Shown one piece after another: positions 36,357-46,853 of a stretch of 64,000 nt of DNA. Source of the DNA: Verrucomicrobiota bacterium (GTDB lineage: Bacteria; Verrucomicrobiota; Kiritimatiellia; CAIQIC01); assembly GCA_004321905.1 (NCBI GenBank), contig SCQF01000046.1, forward strand, positions 25,614 through 89,613, given 5' to 3'. The translations under genes and the position numbers were made by a program. Every line of letters begins with the position of its first letter. The first letter of the stretch is position 1. Below the pieces are notes generated by a model, which worked only from the letters and a program-made list of their open reading frames with translations, ran no database searches and was not told where the DNA came from.

Positions 36357-37216
36357 AGGTGCCCGCGCTGATCCAACGCACCGTGAGCGGTGTGCTGATT
36401 ATCGCCGCGTTATTGGGCGTGTTGTTTTGGTTGCCGCCCATCGGGATGCTCCCCATTCTGCTCGCAGTGGCCGCGCTCGCCTCCTTCGAGTTTTTCAAGC
36501 TATTGCCGGCGGCAAACATTCCGCGCTATCCATGGATCGGCACGCTGTGCGGCTTGCTGTTCCTGGTGGGTGTCTGGTTTGAATACACGCGGCCCGACAT
36601 GGTGCGGCCCGTGATCGAACCGGCCTTGCTCTTTGCACTTGTGACCACGATTCTCATCCGCCAATTCCCGCAGAAAGAAAATCCGCGCCCGCTGGAAACG
36701 ATGGCGGGGACGATCATGGGCGTACTCTATGCCCCGTTTCTCTTGAGCTTCTTTCCGCGCCTAATGTTCCAGTGGGGTTCCGCCGGTGGTGGCTGGCTGA
36801 TCCTCTACCTTGTTTTCGTGGTGAAGATGAGCGACGTCGGCGCGTATTTCGTCGGCTGTTCATTGGGACGCCACAAACTCTGCCCACGCATCTCACCCAA
36901 GAAAACGTGGGAAGGCTTTTTCGGCGGCCTCGTCTTTGCGCTGACGACCAGCGTCTTCTGGTGGAAGTTGGCCCACGGTCACGTCGGCGCGCTAGCGATC
37001 ACGTTGCCGCACGCGCTGGCGTTGGGTCTATTGCTTGCGCTGATGGGCGTGCTCGGCGACCTCGCCGAATCCATTCTCAAGCGCGCCGCCAACGTCAAGG
37101 ATTCAGCCAGTTATATCCAAGGCATGGGCGGCATCCTCGACGTGCTCGATAGCTTGCTGTTGGCCGCACCCACGCTTTATGTCTACGCCCTGCTCTTTCT
37201 GAAACCCACAAGTTGA
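36353..37216 (+). CDS. cdsA: Phosphatidate cytidylyltransferase
   Basis: Multi-TM protein with the CdsA signature (KTWEGFFGG...); uppS-cdsA-rseP synteny. Confidence 0.85.
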   Translation: MKVPALIQRTVSGVLIIAALLGVLFWLPPIGMLPILLAVAALASFEFFKLLPAANIPRYPWIGTLCGLLFLVGVWFEYTRPDMVRPVIEPALLFALVTTILIRQFPQKENPRPLETMAGTIMGVLYAPFLLSFFPRLMFQWGSAGGGWLILYLVFVVKMSDVGAYFVGCSLGRHKLCPRISPKKTWEGFFGGLVFALTTSVFWWKLAHGHVGALAITLPHALALGLLLALMGVLGDLAESILKRAANVKDSASYIQGMGGILDVLDSLLLAAPTLYVYALLFLKPTS

Positions 37217-37223
37217 ATACCCT

Positions 37224-38618
37224 ATGCTAACCATCCTCTATACCATCATCGTCGTGATCCTCCTGCTGGGCGCAACGATTTTTGTCCATGAATTGGGCCA
37301 CTTCCTCGTCGCCCGCTGGTGCGGCCTGGTGATTGACACCTTCTCCATCGGCTTCGGCCACGCCATTTGGAAACGCAAGGTCGGCGACGTCACCTACAAA
37401 ATCGGCTGGATTCCTTTCGGCGGCTACGTGGCGTTGCCACAGATGGACCCGACGCACTCCGACGCCGCCACCGAAGACAAGGAAAGCCGCCAGTTACCGC
37501 AGGCCGCGCCGTGGAAAAAAATTCTCGTTGCCATCGCCGGCGGTATTGGCAACATCATTTTTGCCTTCGTGCTGGCGTGGATCGTCTACCTCGTTGGCAA
37601 GCCGAGCTCACCAGAAGAACGCAACTGCATCATCGGCTACGTGGACACCAACAGCGCCGCCTATACCGCCGGCTTGCGTATCGGCGACGAGATTACCGCC
37701 ATCAACAACGAAAATATCGGCAACTGGAACGAGTTATTCCTGCGTACCGCTTTGACGCACACCGCGCGAATGCAGGTGCGCAACACAACCGGCACGACGC
37801 GCCAACTTGATGTGCCCGTGGTAAACGGCGCGATCAACATCCCGCACATCGAAGGCATTGGCCCGCAGAATTTCTGCAACGTCGTCTCCGTGATGCCCGG
37901 CTCCAGCGCCGAAAAGGCCGGTATTCGCAGCGGCGACCGCGTGCTTGAGATCGCCGGGCAAAAACTGATGAGCCGCGAGCACATGATCAGCGTCGTCAAC
38001 AGCCATCGCGACGAGGAAGTTCCCGTCGTGGTGTTACGCGACGGACACCGCGTCGAATTGCGCGTGAAGCCCATTTACGATGCCGCCATCGGTCGCGCCC
38101 GTATCGGCATCCAATTCCCCAACGCGATGTTCGACATGGACTTTGATCAAATCGTCCACCCCAAGCCCACGACGCAAATCCGCGAGCACGCCGAATATGT
38201 CTTCCGCGTGCTGAAGGCGCTAACGACACCCCGGGAAATGCGCGGCGCAGCGGAAGGCCTGGGCGGGCCGGTGATGGTGCTCTGGATGTTTTGGTGGGCG
38301 GTCAAACGCGGCATCATGATCGCCTTATGGTTCACCTGTTTCTTTAACGTGAACTTGGCCGTACTCAATTTATTGCCAATCCCAATTCTCGACGGTGGGC
38401 ACGTGATCTTCGCGCTCTGGGAAATGATTACGCGCCGCCCGCTCCACGCCAAGGCCGCCAACATCATCATGAACTTTTTCCTCTACCTGATTCTGCTGGC
38501 CGCCGCCGTCCTGCTCTACCGCGATTGCACCCGCATGATCGTTCCGTTCTTCAAGCACTCCGTCGCAGAAACCAACGCATCCGCGGTGATCACAAATGCA
38601 CCGTCTCCATCTCGGTAG
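37224..38618 (+). CDS. rseP: RIP metalloprotease RseP (site-2 protease with PDZ domains)
   Basis: HELGHFLVARWCG zinc motif, PDZ region, LDGG motif near the C-terminus. Confidence 0.9.
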   Translation: MLTILYTIIVVILLLGATIFVHELGHFLVARWCGLVIDTFSIGFGHAIWKRKVGDVTYKIGWIPFGGYVALPQMDPTHSDAATEDKESRQLPQAAPWKKILVAIAGGIGNIIFAFVLAWIVYLVGKPSSPEERNCIIGYVDTNSAAYTAGLRIGDEITAINNENIGNWNELFLRTALTHTARMQVRNTTGTTRQLDVPVVNGAINIPHIEGIGPQNFCNVVSVMPGSSAEKAGIRSGDRVLEIAGQKLMSREHMISVVNSHRDEEVPVVVLRDGHRVELRVKPIYDAAIGRARIGIQFPNAMFDMDFDQIVHPKPTTQIREHAEYVFRVLKALTTPREMRGAAEGLGGPVMVLWMFWWAVKRGIMIALWFTCFFNVNLAVLNLLPIPILDGGHVIFALWEMITRRPLHAKAANIIMNFFLYLILLAAAVLLYRDCTRMIVPFFKHSVAETNASAVITNAPSPSR

Positions 38619-38682
38619 GGCGACGCCGCCGGCGAAGCCGTTGTTTGCGGCTCACCGGGACGGTAGGGAGAACAGGGAGCAT

Positions 38683-40155
38683 ATGCGGAATCGCTTTTCA
38701 ATACTGTTGGGGGCGCTGCTTCTTGGCTCGTCCGCCAGCGCCGAGAGCGCGCAGTTAGCGACTGACGCCGTTGAAACCAAATACCTGCTGTTCCAAGTCT
38801 GCCCTGCAATGCCCGGCTTTTCGCCCATTTTTCCGCCAGTGCCCGGTCGCATGGCGCTGACCAAGGAACAGCTCGCAGATTTCGCGCGCGGCGTGACCAA
38901 AGCCATCGGCATGACCGGCGACGCACGGCAGAAGCTGGGCTTCACCATCGGGCCGCTCTGTTTCGACATGCCCGACGGGGAAATCCGGCAGTGGATGCGC
39001 GATGCTTTCGCCGTCGCGCGGGGAAATGATGTGGCGGTTGCGTTTCACATTGATGATTCGATGTTCTGGGGGCAGCGCAAGGATTTGCTTTCCAATCCGG
39101 ACAACATCGAGACGGCGGACTGGAAACAAATTCCCAATACGGGCCGGCGGCTGGACTGGGGGCTGAAGCCAACCAAGGCTGCACCGCAAATGTGTTTCAA
39201 TGTGCCGGCCATCGTAACGGCGGTACAAAAGCGCGCAGAACTGATCGGCGCAGAGATCACGCGCGAACTCCCGATTTTGAAGGCGCAGGGGAAGGCGCAT
39301 CTCTTTGCGGGTGTCATCGCGGGATGGGAAACACAAATCGGCCCCGATTGGGAAACGGGAAAATCGCTTGGATTTCGCGCACTGGCCCACCGCGGGTTCA
39401 GCGAAAAGAGACCGCCGAAGGACCTCGACGCCGAACGCGTGAGCGTTGTGAAGGAGTGGATCGAACTCTGGGCGAACTTGCTTCACGCCGGCGGCACGCC
39501 ACGCGAAAAAATTTTCTGCCACATCGCGTTTACATCACAGGGACTTGCCCCGGAGAAATGGGCAACCACCGGCGCGCAGAAGGCCCGCTTCGCCCCGGCG
39601 GAGGTGGCGTTCAGCGCCGCGTATCGTCCGGGCTTTTCCACCTATCCCGAGGGGACCACTTTCAGTCAAATCCACGACGCGCTGGCCGTTCACGGCGGGC
39701 CGGGCTGGATTTCTGCCGAGGGCGTCAACGTATCGCCCACGGGCATGCCCGGCGAGCCAACGATGGAAACGTATCTGGGCCGGATATTCAACCACGGCGG
39801 CGTACTGGCAAACGTGTTTTCCTGGGGCATCGGCGGCGAGGCCCAACGCACAAATTTCTTCCGCCTGGCCACCGAGAGCCCCGAATGTCTGGCCGCCTAC
39901 TCCAAATTTCTGCGCGGCGAAAAGCTGGCCGAGTCCGCCGCCCGCAGGTTTTCAGCGTCGGCGCTGCAAGAAAAAATGCACCGGATTCAAACCGGGATCC
40001 AAGGCTATAGACAAGAGGCCGGATTGATGCAGAAACTGCGGATGAAATCGCTGATGCAAAAACTTGATTCGCTGATCAACGGCAAGAAGTGGCTGGAAGC
40101 TGACCAGGTTGCCGATGAGGTATGGGCGCTAATTTCCGAAAAACAAATGAAATGA
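38683..40155 (+). CDS. Hypothetical secreted protein (about 490 aa)
   Basis: Signal peptide MRNRFSILLGALLLGSSASA; no recognised catalytic motif. Start set at the internal Met. Confidence 0.5.
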   Translation: MRNRFSILLGALLLGSSASAESAQLATDAVETKYLLFQVCPAMPGFSPIFPPVPGRMALTKEQLADFARGVTKAIGMTGDARQKLGFTIGPLCFDMPDGEIRQWMRDAFAVARGNDVAVAFHIDDSMFWGQRKDLLSNPDNIETADWKQIPNTGRRLDWGLKPTKAAPQMCFNVPAIVTAVQKRAELIGAEITRELPILKAQGKAHLFAGVIAGWETQIGPDWETGKSLGFRALAHRGFSEKRPPKDLDAERVSVVKEWIELWANLLHAGGTPREKIFCHIAFTSQGLAPEKWATTGAQKARFAPAEVAFSAAYRPGFSTYPEGTTFSQIHDALAVHGGPGWISAEGVNVSPTGMPGEPTMETYLGRIFNHGGVLANVFSWGIGGEAQRTNFFRLATESPECLAAYSKFLRGEKLAESAARRFSASALQEKMHRIQTGIQGYRQEAGLMQKLRMKSLMQKLDSLINGKKWLEADQVADEVWALISEKQMK

Positions 40156-40447
40156 GGAGCTTGCGCCTCGCATCACCGATACTTTTTCGCAGGGGTAAGT
40201 CAGTCAAAATCCAACTGTAGCCTAACAAAATCGGTTGAGCGAACCGCCGCCCCGCTTCGCCGCTCAACGTCGGGCGGCAGTTCGAGCGTGCCTCGTACGC
40301 TCCACCCCCACGATCGGCGACGGTCTCACCCCTGTCGTTCGGGGACCGTATAAAACCGTAAATTTTTGTGCCAACTTATTGACTTTTCCGGCCAATCTGC
40401 TATCAATCCGCGCCCGCCGCGAACGGCGGAGGAAACGGAGAACGACC

Positions 40448-40603
40448 ATGTCCATGCATCCTAGTTTGAAGTCGGCGAGCAAGATCACGGCGAAGCGTAA
40501 CGTGCTCAAGCGCTTCGAGCGCATTGATATCATGCGCAAGAACGACAAGTGGAAAGAGGGCGACCGCGCTTACGGCTTGCCGAAAACCAAGCAATCCGCC
40601 TAA
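40448..40603 (+). CDS. Small basic protein (51 aa), hypothetical, immediately upstream of ahcY
   Basis: GGAGG-like RBS (cggaggaaacggagaacgacc) before the ATG; lysine/arginine-rich; preceded by a candidate promoter TTGACT-16-TATCAA at about 40376-40404. Confidence 0.45.
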   Translation: MSMHPSLKSASKITAKRNVLKRFERIDIMRKNDKWKEGDRAYGLPKTKQSA

Positions 40604-40641
40604 TCACGTTTGCTGCTGGCCCACCCGTCCAAGGAGTTGCC

Positions 40642-42057
40642 ATGAAGCAGAAGAAATCCATCCGCAAGGGCGATTTTATCGTCAAAGATATGTCCTTGGC
40701 CGAGTTTGGGCGCAAAGAAATTGAGTTGGCCGAGTTTGAGATGCCCGGCCTGATGGCGATTCGTGAAGAGTTTGACAAACAGCAGCCCCTCAAGGGCGCG
40801 CGCATCGCTGGTTCGCTCCACATGACGATTCAGACCGCCGTACTGATCGAGACGCTCCAGCACCTTGGCGCGAAGGTACGCTGGGCCAGTTGCAACATCT
40901 TCTCGACGCAAGACCACGCTGCCGCCGCGATCGCTGCGCGCGGTACCCCCGTCTTCGCCGTCAAAGGCGAGACGCTGGCAGACTATTGGGAATACACCGA
41001 CCGCATTCTCGACTGGGGCGACGAAGTCCCGAATATGATTCTCGATGACGGCGGCGATGCGACGCTGTTCGTGCACCTTGGCCATCAAGCGCTGACGAAT
41101 CCTTCGATTCTCAACCGCAAGCCGGGCAGCCCCGAAGAGAAAATCCTGCTCGCGCAGGTCAAGAAGGCCGTGAAGAAGAATCCGGGCCGCTTCGCGAAGA
41201 TGGTCAAGACTATCCGTGGCGTCAGCGAAGAAACGACCACCGGCGTCCACCGGCTCTATCAGATGATGGAACGCGGGGAACTGCTTTTCCCTGCCTTCAA
41301 CGTCAACGACTCCGTCACCAAGAGCAAGTTCGATAACGTCTATGGTTGCCGCCACTCGCTCGTGGACGCCATCATGCGCGCCACCGACGTGATGCTCTCC
41401 GGCAAGGTCGCCGTCGTCGCCGGCTTTGGCGATGTGGGCAAAGGCTCCGCGGCCTCGCTGCGCGGCCAGCACGCCCGCGTCATCATCACCGAGATTGATC
41501 CCATCTGCGCCTTGCAGGCCGCGATGGAAGGTTATGAAGTGATGACGATGGGCGAGGCCAGCAAGATCGGCGATATCTTCGTGACCACCACCGGCTGCTG
41601 CGATGTGATCACCGAGCAGCACATGAAGCAGATGAAGAACATGGCGATTGTCTGCAACATCGGTCACTTTGACTCCGAAATTCAGATCGAAGCCATCCGC
41701 AAATACAAATGGGAAGAGATCAAGCCGCAGGTTCACCAAGTCACGTTCCCTTCAAAGCGCAGCATCATCGTGCTCGCGGAAGGTCGCCTAGTGAATCTTG
41801 GCTGCGCGACCGGCCATCCGAGCTTCGTGATGTCGAACAGCTTCACCAACCAGACGATGGCGCAGATTGAGCTCTACTCGAACCCGGGCAAGTATCCGAT
41901 CGGTGTTTATACGCTGCCAAAGCTCCTCGACGAAAAGGTTGCGCGCCTGCACCTCGGCAAGCTCGGCGTCAAACTCGACAAGCTCACGCCCGCGCAGGCC
42001 AAGTACCTCGGCATCCCCGTTGCCGGCCCGTTCAAGCCGCACCATTACCGCTACTGA
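40642..42057 (+). CDS. ahcY: Adenosylhomocysteinase (S-adenosyl-L-homocysteine hydrolase)
   Basis: [38 protein letters not shown]... is the canonical AhcY; NAD-binding GFGDVGKG. Confidence 0.95.
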   Translation: MKQKKSIRKGDFIVKDMSLAEFGRKEIELAEFEMPGLMAIREEFDKQQPLKGARIAGSLHMTIQTAVLIETLQHLGAKVRWASCNIFSTQDHAAAAIAARGTPVFAVKGETLADYWEYTDRILDWGDEVPNMILDDGGDATLFVHLGHQALTNPSILNRKPGSPEEKILLAQVKKAVKKNPGRFAKMVKTIRGVSEETTTGVHRLYQMMERGELLFPAFNVNDSVTKSKFDNVYGCRHSLVDAIMRATDVMLSGKVAVVAGFGDVGKGSAASLRGQHARVIITEIDPICALQAAMEGYEVMTMGEASKIGDIFVTTTGCCDVITEQHMKQMKNMAIVCNIGHFDSEIQIEAIRKYKWEEIKPQVHQVTFPSKRSIIVLAEGRLVNLGCATGHPSFVMSNSFTNQTMAQIELYSNPGKYPIGVYTLPKLLDEKVARLHLGKLGVKLDKLTPAQAKYLGIPVAGPFKPHHYRY

Positions 42058-42107
42058 TTTTCCAGGGCTTGGAAAATTTTTCCGCGCTTTTTCCAAACCT
42101 TGGAAAA
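42058..42107. repeat. Paired palindromic dispersed element
   Basis: ttttccagggcttggaaaa-N11-tttttccaaaccttggaaaa. Confidence 0.9.
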
Positions 42108-42169
42108 CCGTGCCGGACAGAGTTGAACTATCCGCCATCGGCGTGCTATAGTTTGCCTGTCTTAAGGAG

Positions 42170-42847
42170 ATGATCATGAAAAAACAATTTGGCGTTTTGG
42201 CGGCGGTACTGCTCGGAACAAATTGGGCGGCGTTGGCGGGCGGCACGGTGGTCGTCGCACCGGCGCGCTACAACGTGATGCAGGTGGGCCTGGACCTCGC
42301 GGCCCGTAATGGCGTCACACTGGTCAGCTACCAAGGCGAAGCCACCACGGCCAAGCCGCTGATCCACGTCTGGAATGGGCAGGAATGGAACTTTGTGGCA
42401 TTGGAAGATTTCCAAGCCGGTAAGTTCCTGAGTGAAAAGCCGAAACAGACCGTGGTCGTCGGCGATGAACAGATGGTACCACAAGCTTTCGCCCCGATCT
42501 CCGCATGGGCCGGCCAGCAGCAGACCATTCGGGCCATTGAGACCGAGGCGCTGTTGAACCAGTTGGGTACGGCGCTCAAATTCCGCGACGCGGATTGGCA
42601 GTGGTATGCCAGCCGTTACAATCTGAAGTTGCAAGACCTCAACGCGCCCAAGCGCAAGACGAGCATTTACGACCAACCATTCGGTCAACCTTTTACGCTG
42701 AAGCACCGGGGCATGACGCAAAAAACGAGCGAAATCCAGCCACCTGCGCCGCCGCCCGCGAAAACGGAAGCGGCCGAGCCCAAGCCCGCGGTAGTAGAAG
42801 CGCCTGTTCTGGAAACACCCCCGGTGGAAAAACCGGCGACGAAATAA
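42170..42847 (+). CDS. Hypothetical secreted protein with Pro/Ala-rich C-terminus
   Basis: Signal peptide (MKKQFGVLAAVLLGTNWAALA); C-terminal PAPPPAKTEAAEPKPAVV low-complexity tail. Confidence 0.5.
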   Translation: MIMKKQFGVLAAVLLGTNWAALAGGTVVVAPARYNVMQVGLDLAARNGVTLVSYQGEATTAKPLIHVWNGQEWNFVALEDFQAGKFLSEKPKQTVVVGDEQMVPQAFAPISAWAGQQQTIRAIETEALLNQLGTALKFRDADWQWYASRYNLKLQDLNAPKRKTSIYDQPFGQPFTLKHRGMTQKTSEIQPPAPPPAKTEAAEPKPAVVEAPVLETPPVEKPATK

Positions 42848-42857
42848 AGCGACACCC

Positions 42858-43199
42858 ATGAACCACCTGCGTCATCGGTTTACGTTACCCTTGAAGACGA
42901 GCGCGGCCTTGGCGGCGCTCGTCTTGCTGGGCACCAGCGGCTGCGTGCGTGTGCCGATCCAAAAGGAAAAGATCGAGACGCGACTGATCACGGTAACGAC
43001 GAGCAGTCAAACCACCCTGTGCTGGGACTCGCGCACGGACTTGATTTATACCGTACTGGTAGCGGAGCGGTTCGACGCCGCTCAATGGCAACCGCTGGCC
43101 AACCTCACCAATCTGCGCGGCACCGGCGCACGGATGCAGTTCCAAGTTCCCGAAGACCCCAATCATCCGCGCACGTATAAACTGTACGCCCACCCGTAG
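42858..43199 (+). CDS. Hypothetical lipoprotein
   Basis: Lipobox LLGTSGC; 113 aa. Confidence 0.5.
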   Translation: MNHLRHRFTLPLKTSAALAALVLLGTSGCVRVPIQKEKIETRLITVTTSSQTTLCWDSRTDLIYTVLVAERFDAAQWQPLANLTNLRGTGARMQFQVPEDPNHPRTYKLYAHP

Positions 43200-43225
43200 C
43201 GCCCATCGAAAAATCGCGTCGTGAT

Positions 43226-43279
43226 TTTTCCGAGGCCTGGAAAGCGGATGTTCGTATTTTTCCAAACCTTGGAAAAAAA
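43226..43279. repeat. Paired palindromic dispersed element (first unit degenerate)
   Basis: tttttccgaggcctggaaag-N12-tttttccaaaccttggaaaaaaa. Confidence 0.8.
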
Positions 43280-43285
43280 CTGATC

Positions 43286-44329
43286 TCAAGGTTTTGTCGC
43301 CGCGGAATTGCGAGTTTTGAAAACAGCCATCACCGGGCGATGGTCGGAGCCTTGCAATGTTTGAGGGTGTCGAACGGCCAATGTTTTTTCCCGAACCACG
43401 TTCGCCTGCATGGCGTGGCTGACCAGGATGTAATCAATCCGCTCGTATTGATCCAGCAAGGCTGAATAATAAGTCCAGACATCGCCGAGCGGATCGGCGG
43501 GCCGCACGTCTTCCAGACATCGCGTTCGTTCGCCTTTGGCCTCGTGCAGGGCGGCGGATTCGGGCGCGTCGTTCAGATCACCCAGGACCACCAATTGCAG
43601 ATCGGGATTTTCCTTGAGCGCGGCGCGCACGTGGTTGTTGAGCAGGCGCGCCTCGTTGCGGCGCATTTCGGTCTGGCCAAATTTATTGAACACCTTGGAT
43701 TTGAGATGTGCCACCATGATCCGAAAGCTATAGGTGGGCGTGACCTGAATGGTCGCATCGAGAAAACCACGCAAGACCTTTAGCTTCGCGCTCCCCATGC
43801 TGTATTGATCATTCGTGTGCAGCGTTTGCGAAGTGATCGGGAAGCGACTCAGCAGCGCAAGATTGGCCTGATGCTGGCCACGGTGCAAATAGACCGCGTG
43901 CGGATAATCCAAGCCACGGGCTTTGAGTTCCGACCGGAAACCATCGAAGAAATCGTGATTACCCATTTCTTGCACGGCCAACACATCGGGCCGGGCGGCG
44001 GCAAGCACATCCAGAACAGCCAGTCGTTCGTCGTCCGGTTTGGGATTTTTGGCCTGGCCATCACCATCACGATCTTCATAACCATAGAGGCGCAGGTTAT
44101 ACGTCATCACCGAAAATTCATCGGCGGCAGGACGCGGTATCGTTGGCCCGGCACTCGCAGCCATGACCGGTGATGAACGGGGGCGGCAGGCCAGCGGCAC
44201 ACAACCAAACAACACGGCGGCACAGGCCACACCAGCCCAGCGCAAGAGAGAAAGACGAAGCAGTTGCTTAGCGCTTGTAGGCTTTTTCAATACGCTGCGC
44301 CACATCCTTGTAGCGGATGTCCACGCCAT
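43286..44329 (-). CDS. Endonuclease/exonuclease/phosphatase (EEP) family protein, secreted
   Basis: VMTYNLRLYGYEDRDGDG...VLAVQEM...SDHRPVMAVF are EEP motifs; signal peptide after an internal Met. Confidence 0.7.
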   Translation of the reverse strand: MAWTSATRMWRSVLKKPTSAKQLLRLSLLRWAGVACAAVLFGCVPLACRPRSSPVMAASAGPTIPRPAADEFSVMTYNLRLYGYEDRDGDGQAKNPKPDDERLAVLDVLAAARPDVLAVQEMGNHDFFDGFRSELKARGLDYPHAVYLHRGQHQANLALLSRFPITSQTLHTNDQYSMGSAKLKVLRGFLDATIQVTPTYSFRIMVAHLKSKVFNKFGQTEMRRNEARLLNNHVRAALKENPDLQLVVLGDLNDAPESAALHEAKGERTRCLEDVRPADPLGDVWTYYSALLDQYERIDYILVSHAMQANVVREKTLAVRHPQTLQGSDHRPVMAVFKTRNSAATKP

Positions 44330-45644
44330 AGATTTCCTTGAAGCGTTCGACCGCTTTGTCGGTTTGCCCCATCAAGTCGTGCAAGAGGCCCATCTCATAT
44401 ACAATGTCCTTCTTCACATCATCCATGAGCGTCAGTTCCGCGGCAGCCTTCGCCAGTTGTTCCAGCGCGATGTCATATTGACCCTTCTGCTTGAAGCAGA
44501 GGCCCAGATAGTACAGTGCGCGGGTGCGCCGTTGCGGATTACGCTGCGCCAACTGGAACGATTCCACGGCGTCCATCGTCATGCCGCGTTCATAGAACAA
44601 CACACCCAATTCATAGTGAAACTGCAAATCGTTCGGATAGCGTTTGACCAATTCTTTGGCGTTTTCAAAGATGTAGTCGGCGCGCGCCTGTTCCTGCGTC
44701 TCGGCCTCCGCCGTATGGCCAGCCGCGCGCGCCTGTTCAATCGCTGCATCAAATTTCTGGATCGCAATAGCGCTGACGGCGCGATCCACTTGCGGGTCGG
44801 CGCGCCCGGTGATTTTTTGAGCCTCTTGCAGCACCGTCAAGGCCTCGTCATAACGCTTGGAGCGCGCCAGATGGTCGGCCAACACGCGCCGATAATTGAT
44901 ATTCTCCGGCTCGCGCTGCACACGCTCCTGAAACTCGACAATGAGATCATCCAAATCTTTGCCCGTCTTGATCGCTTTCGCTTCCTGTTCCAAACTTTGG
45001 GCTTCCTTGGTGTCCTTGATGAGATCGCGGTGACTCTTGGCCCCTTCCCAGCCACCCTTGTTCATCGTGTCAGTGGCGATCGCGTCCTTAAGTTCCTTGA
45101 TCGCCACCGGATCGTTGGGCCTGGCCCGCGCGACTTCCTCGAAGCATAACCGCGACTCGTGCGTCAAACCGGTATCGCGATAGAGCCGCCCCAACCAGCG
45201 TACCCACTCGATATTTTGCGGAGCCTGCTCCCGCCCGCTCTCCAGCATCTGAATGGCAACCTCCGGCAGGTCAGCAGCAATCGCCACGTTGGCGAGCAAG
45301 ACAACAAATTTTGGCTGAAGCGGATCGGCCTTGATCAACTTCTCCGCCAATTTCAGTGCCTGCATCGGATCTTTTTTTAGTTTGGACTGGGCGGCAAAAA
45401 AGGTTGGCAGATTTGTGAGGAAGGCCATCAGATGCTTGCTGGCGCCACCACCGGCCTCGTTGAATTTGCGGATTTCGGCTGCGCGCAACCATTTGCGCGC
45501 CTGCAACAGGCGCGGCTCCAGCTCCAGTACCGCCTCGAACATACTGATCGCATAATCCAAGTTGTTACGTTCTACGGCGGTAAAAGCTTTCGCATAGATC
45601 TCACGCACTTTGCGCGGGGCATTATCCAATTGTACTTCTGCCAT
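44268..45644 (-). CDS. TPR-repeat protein
   Basis: Multiple TPR-like helical repeats along the whole length. Start set at MAEVQLDNAP. Confidence 0.65.
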   Translation of the reverse strand: MAEVQLDNAPRKVREIYAKAFTAVERNNLDYAISMFEAVLELEPRLLQARKWLRAAEIRKFNEAGGGASKHLMAFLTNLPTFFAAQSKLKKDPMQALKLAEKLIKADPLQPKFVVLLANVAIAADLPEVAIQMLESGREQAPQNIEWVRWLGRLYRDTGLTHESRLCFEEVARARPNDPVAIKELKDAIATDTMNKGGWEGAKSHRDLIKDTKEAQSLEQEAKAIKTGKDLDDLIVEFQERVQREPENINYRRVLADHLARSKRYDEALTVLQEAQKITGRADPQVDRAVSAIAIQKFDAAIEQARAAGHTAEAETQEQARADYIFENAKELVKRYPNDLQFHYELGVLFYERGMTMDAVESFQLAQRNPQRRTRALYYLGLCFKQKGQYDIALEQLAKAAAELTLMDDVKKDIVYEMGLLHDLMGQTDKAVERFKEIYGVDIRYKDVAQRIEKAYKR

Positions 45645-45798
45645 GGTCTCGGCTCCTTCGTTCGCGTGCACGCCATCTAACCCCCGCATCGTCGCCGGGT
45701 CAAGCAGTTTTCGCCCCCCGCACTTGCAATCCGCAAAAAAATCGGCACACTCTCCGCCCGTCGCCGCAATCCGGCACAATCACGGGAAGTCTGCAACG

Positions 45799-46821
45799 TT
45801 GAAACGCTGCTCATTATGGCTTGTTATTCTGGGGCTGCTCAGTCTTGGCGCGGCGCCGGCGTTGGCGCTTTGGACGACCCGCTCCGGCGCGCGGCCTGAC
45901 CGGCTCATCACCATTCGCGAAATTGCTTCGCGCTGCGGCTTGGAGGTTTCCACCCCGGGCAAAAAAATTGTGCTGCGTGGTCAAACTGCGCTCGTGGAAA
46001 TTTCCACCGAAGGGCGCGAAGCCAGGGTGAACGCCCAGCAAATCTGGCTGCACGCCCCGCCCGCCCGCAGTTGGGGCCGCTGGTGCCTGACCGAAACCGA
46101 CGCGCAAAAAATCATCGTCCCCTTGCTCAGTCCCGCATCCTATCTCCGCGGCTACGGCACCGCCGTTGTCGTACTCGATCCCGGCCACGGCGGCAACGAT
46201 CCCGGCGCCAGCAGCCGGCGCGGCCTGATCGAACCACGCATCGCGCTCGACATCGCCAAGCGCGTCCGCGCCAAGCTCATCAACGAGGGGTTTCACGCCT
46301 ACCTCACTCGCGATGTGGATCGCTTCATCGAACTCGACACCCGCCCGCGCCTCGCCGCCGCCCGCCATGCCGATCTTTTCATCAGCATCCATCTGAACGC
46401 CGCCGCCAGCCGCGACTCGCACGGCATCGAAACCTATGTCCTCACCTCGCCCGGTTTCCCCTCGACCTCCGGCAGCAACGGCGAAAATAGCTCCAAAAAC
46501 AACATCTGCTTCCCGGCCAACGCGCGCGATGTGGCCAACAACATCTTCGGCTATTACCTCCAGAAAAACCTTCGCACCGCGGCGCAGGCCGAAGACCGCG
46601 GCGTACGCCACGCCCGCTTCGTCGTGCTCAAAGAGGCGCCGTGTGTGGCCGCACTGGTCGAATGTGGTTTTTTGAGCAATGCCGCCGACGAACGTCGTCT
46701 GATGACCGACGAACATCGCGACGCCATTGCCACCGGCATCGCCAAGGGCATCATCGAATATGGCCGCGCCGTCCGGCGCGCCAATCCGGCGCCACCACCG
46801 ACGCAAAAAACCAACGGTTAA
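45799..46821 (+). CDS. N-acetylmuramoyl-L-alanine amidase (Amidase_3 family)
   Basis: VVLDPGHGGNDPGA...ADLFISIHLNA...VECGFLSN are Amidase_3 motifs. Probable TTG start at 45799 giving the signal peptide KRCSLWLVILGLLSLGAAPALA; the longer ORF from 45610 would overlap the divergent TPR gene. Confidence 0.78.
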   Translation: MKRCSLWLVILGLLSLGAAPALALWTTRSGARPDRLITIREIASRCGLEVSTPGKKIVLRGQTALVEISTEGREARVNAQQIWLHAPPARSWGRWCLTETDAQKIIVPLLSPASYLRGYGTAVVVLDPGHGGNDPGASSRRGLIEPRIALDIAKRVRAKLINEGFHAYLTRDVDRFIELDTRPRLAAARHADLFISIHLNAAASRDSHGIETYVLTSPGFPSTSGSNGENSSKNNICFPANARDVANNIFGYYLQKNLRTAAQAEDRGVRHARFVVLKEAPCVAALVECGFLSNAADERRLMTDEHRDAIATGIAKGIIEYGRAVRRANPAPPPTQKTNG

Positions 46822-46826
46822 ACCGA

Positions 46827-46846
46827 TTTTTCCAAGCCTTGGAAAA
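46827..46846. repeat. Single palindromic unit (between convergent amidase and dus genes)
   Basis: tttttccaagccttggaaaa. Confidence 0.9.
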
Positions 46847-46853
46847 CGGCGTG

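Noticed and set aside
40190-40447. SAH riboswitch upstream of ahcY
   Set aside because: I looked for the conserved P1/P2/P4 and pseudoknot sequences. Only weak partial resemblance was found (e.g. GCCGCTCAAC against GCGCUGCAAC), and a small ORF intervenes. It cannot be called without a covariance-model search.
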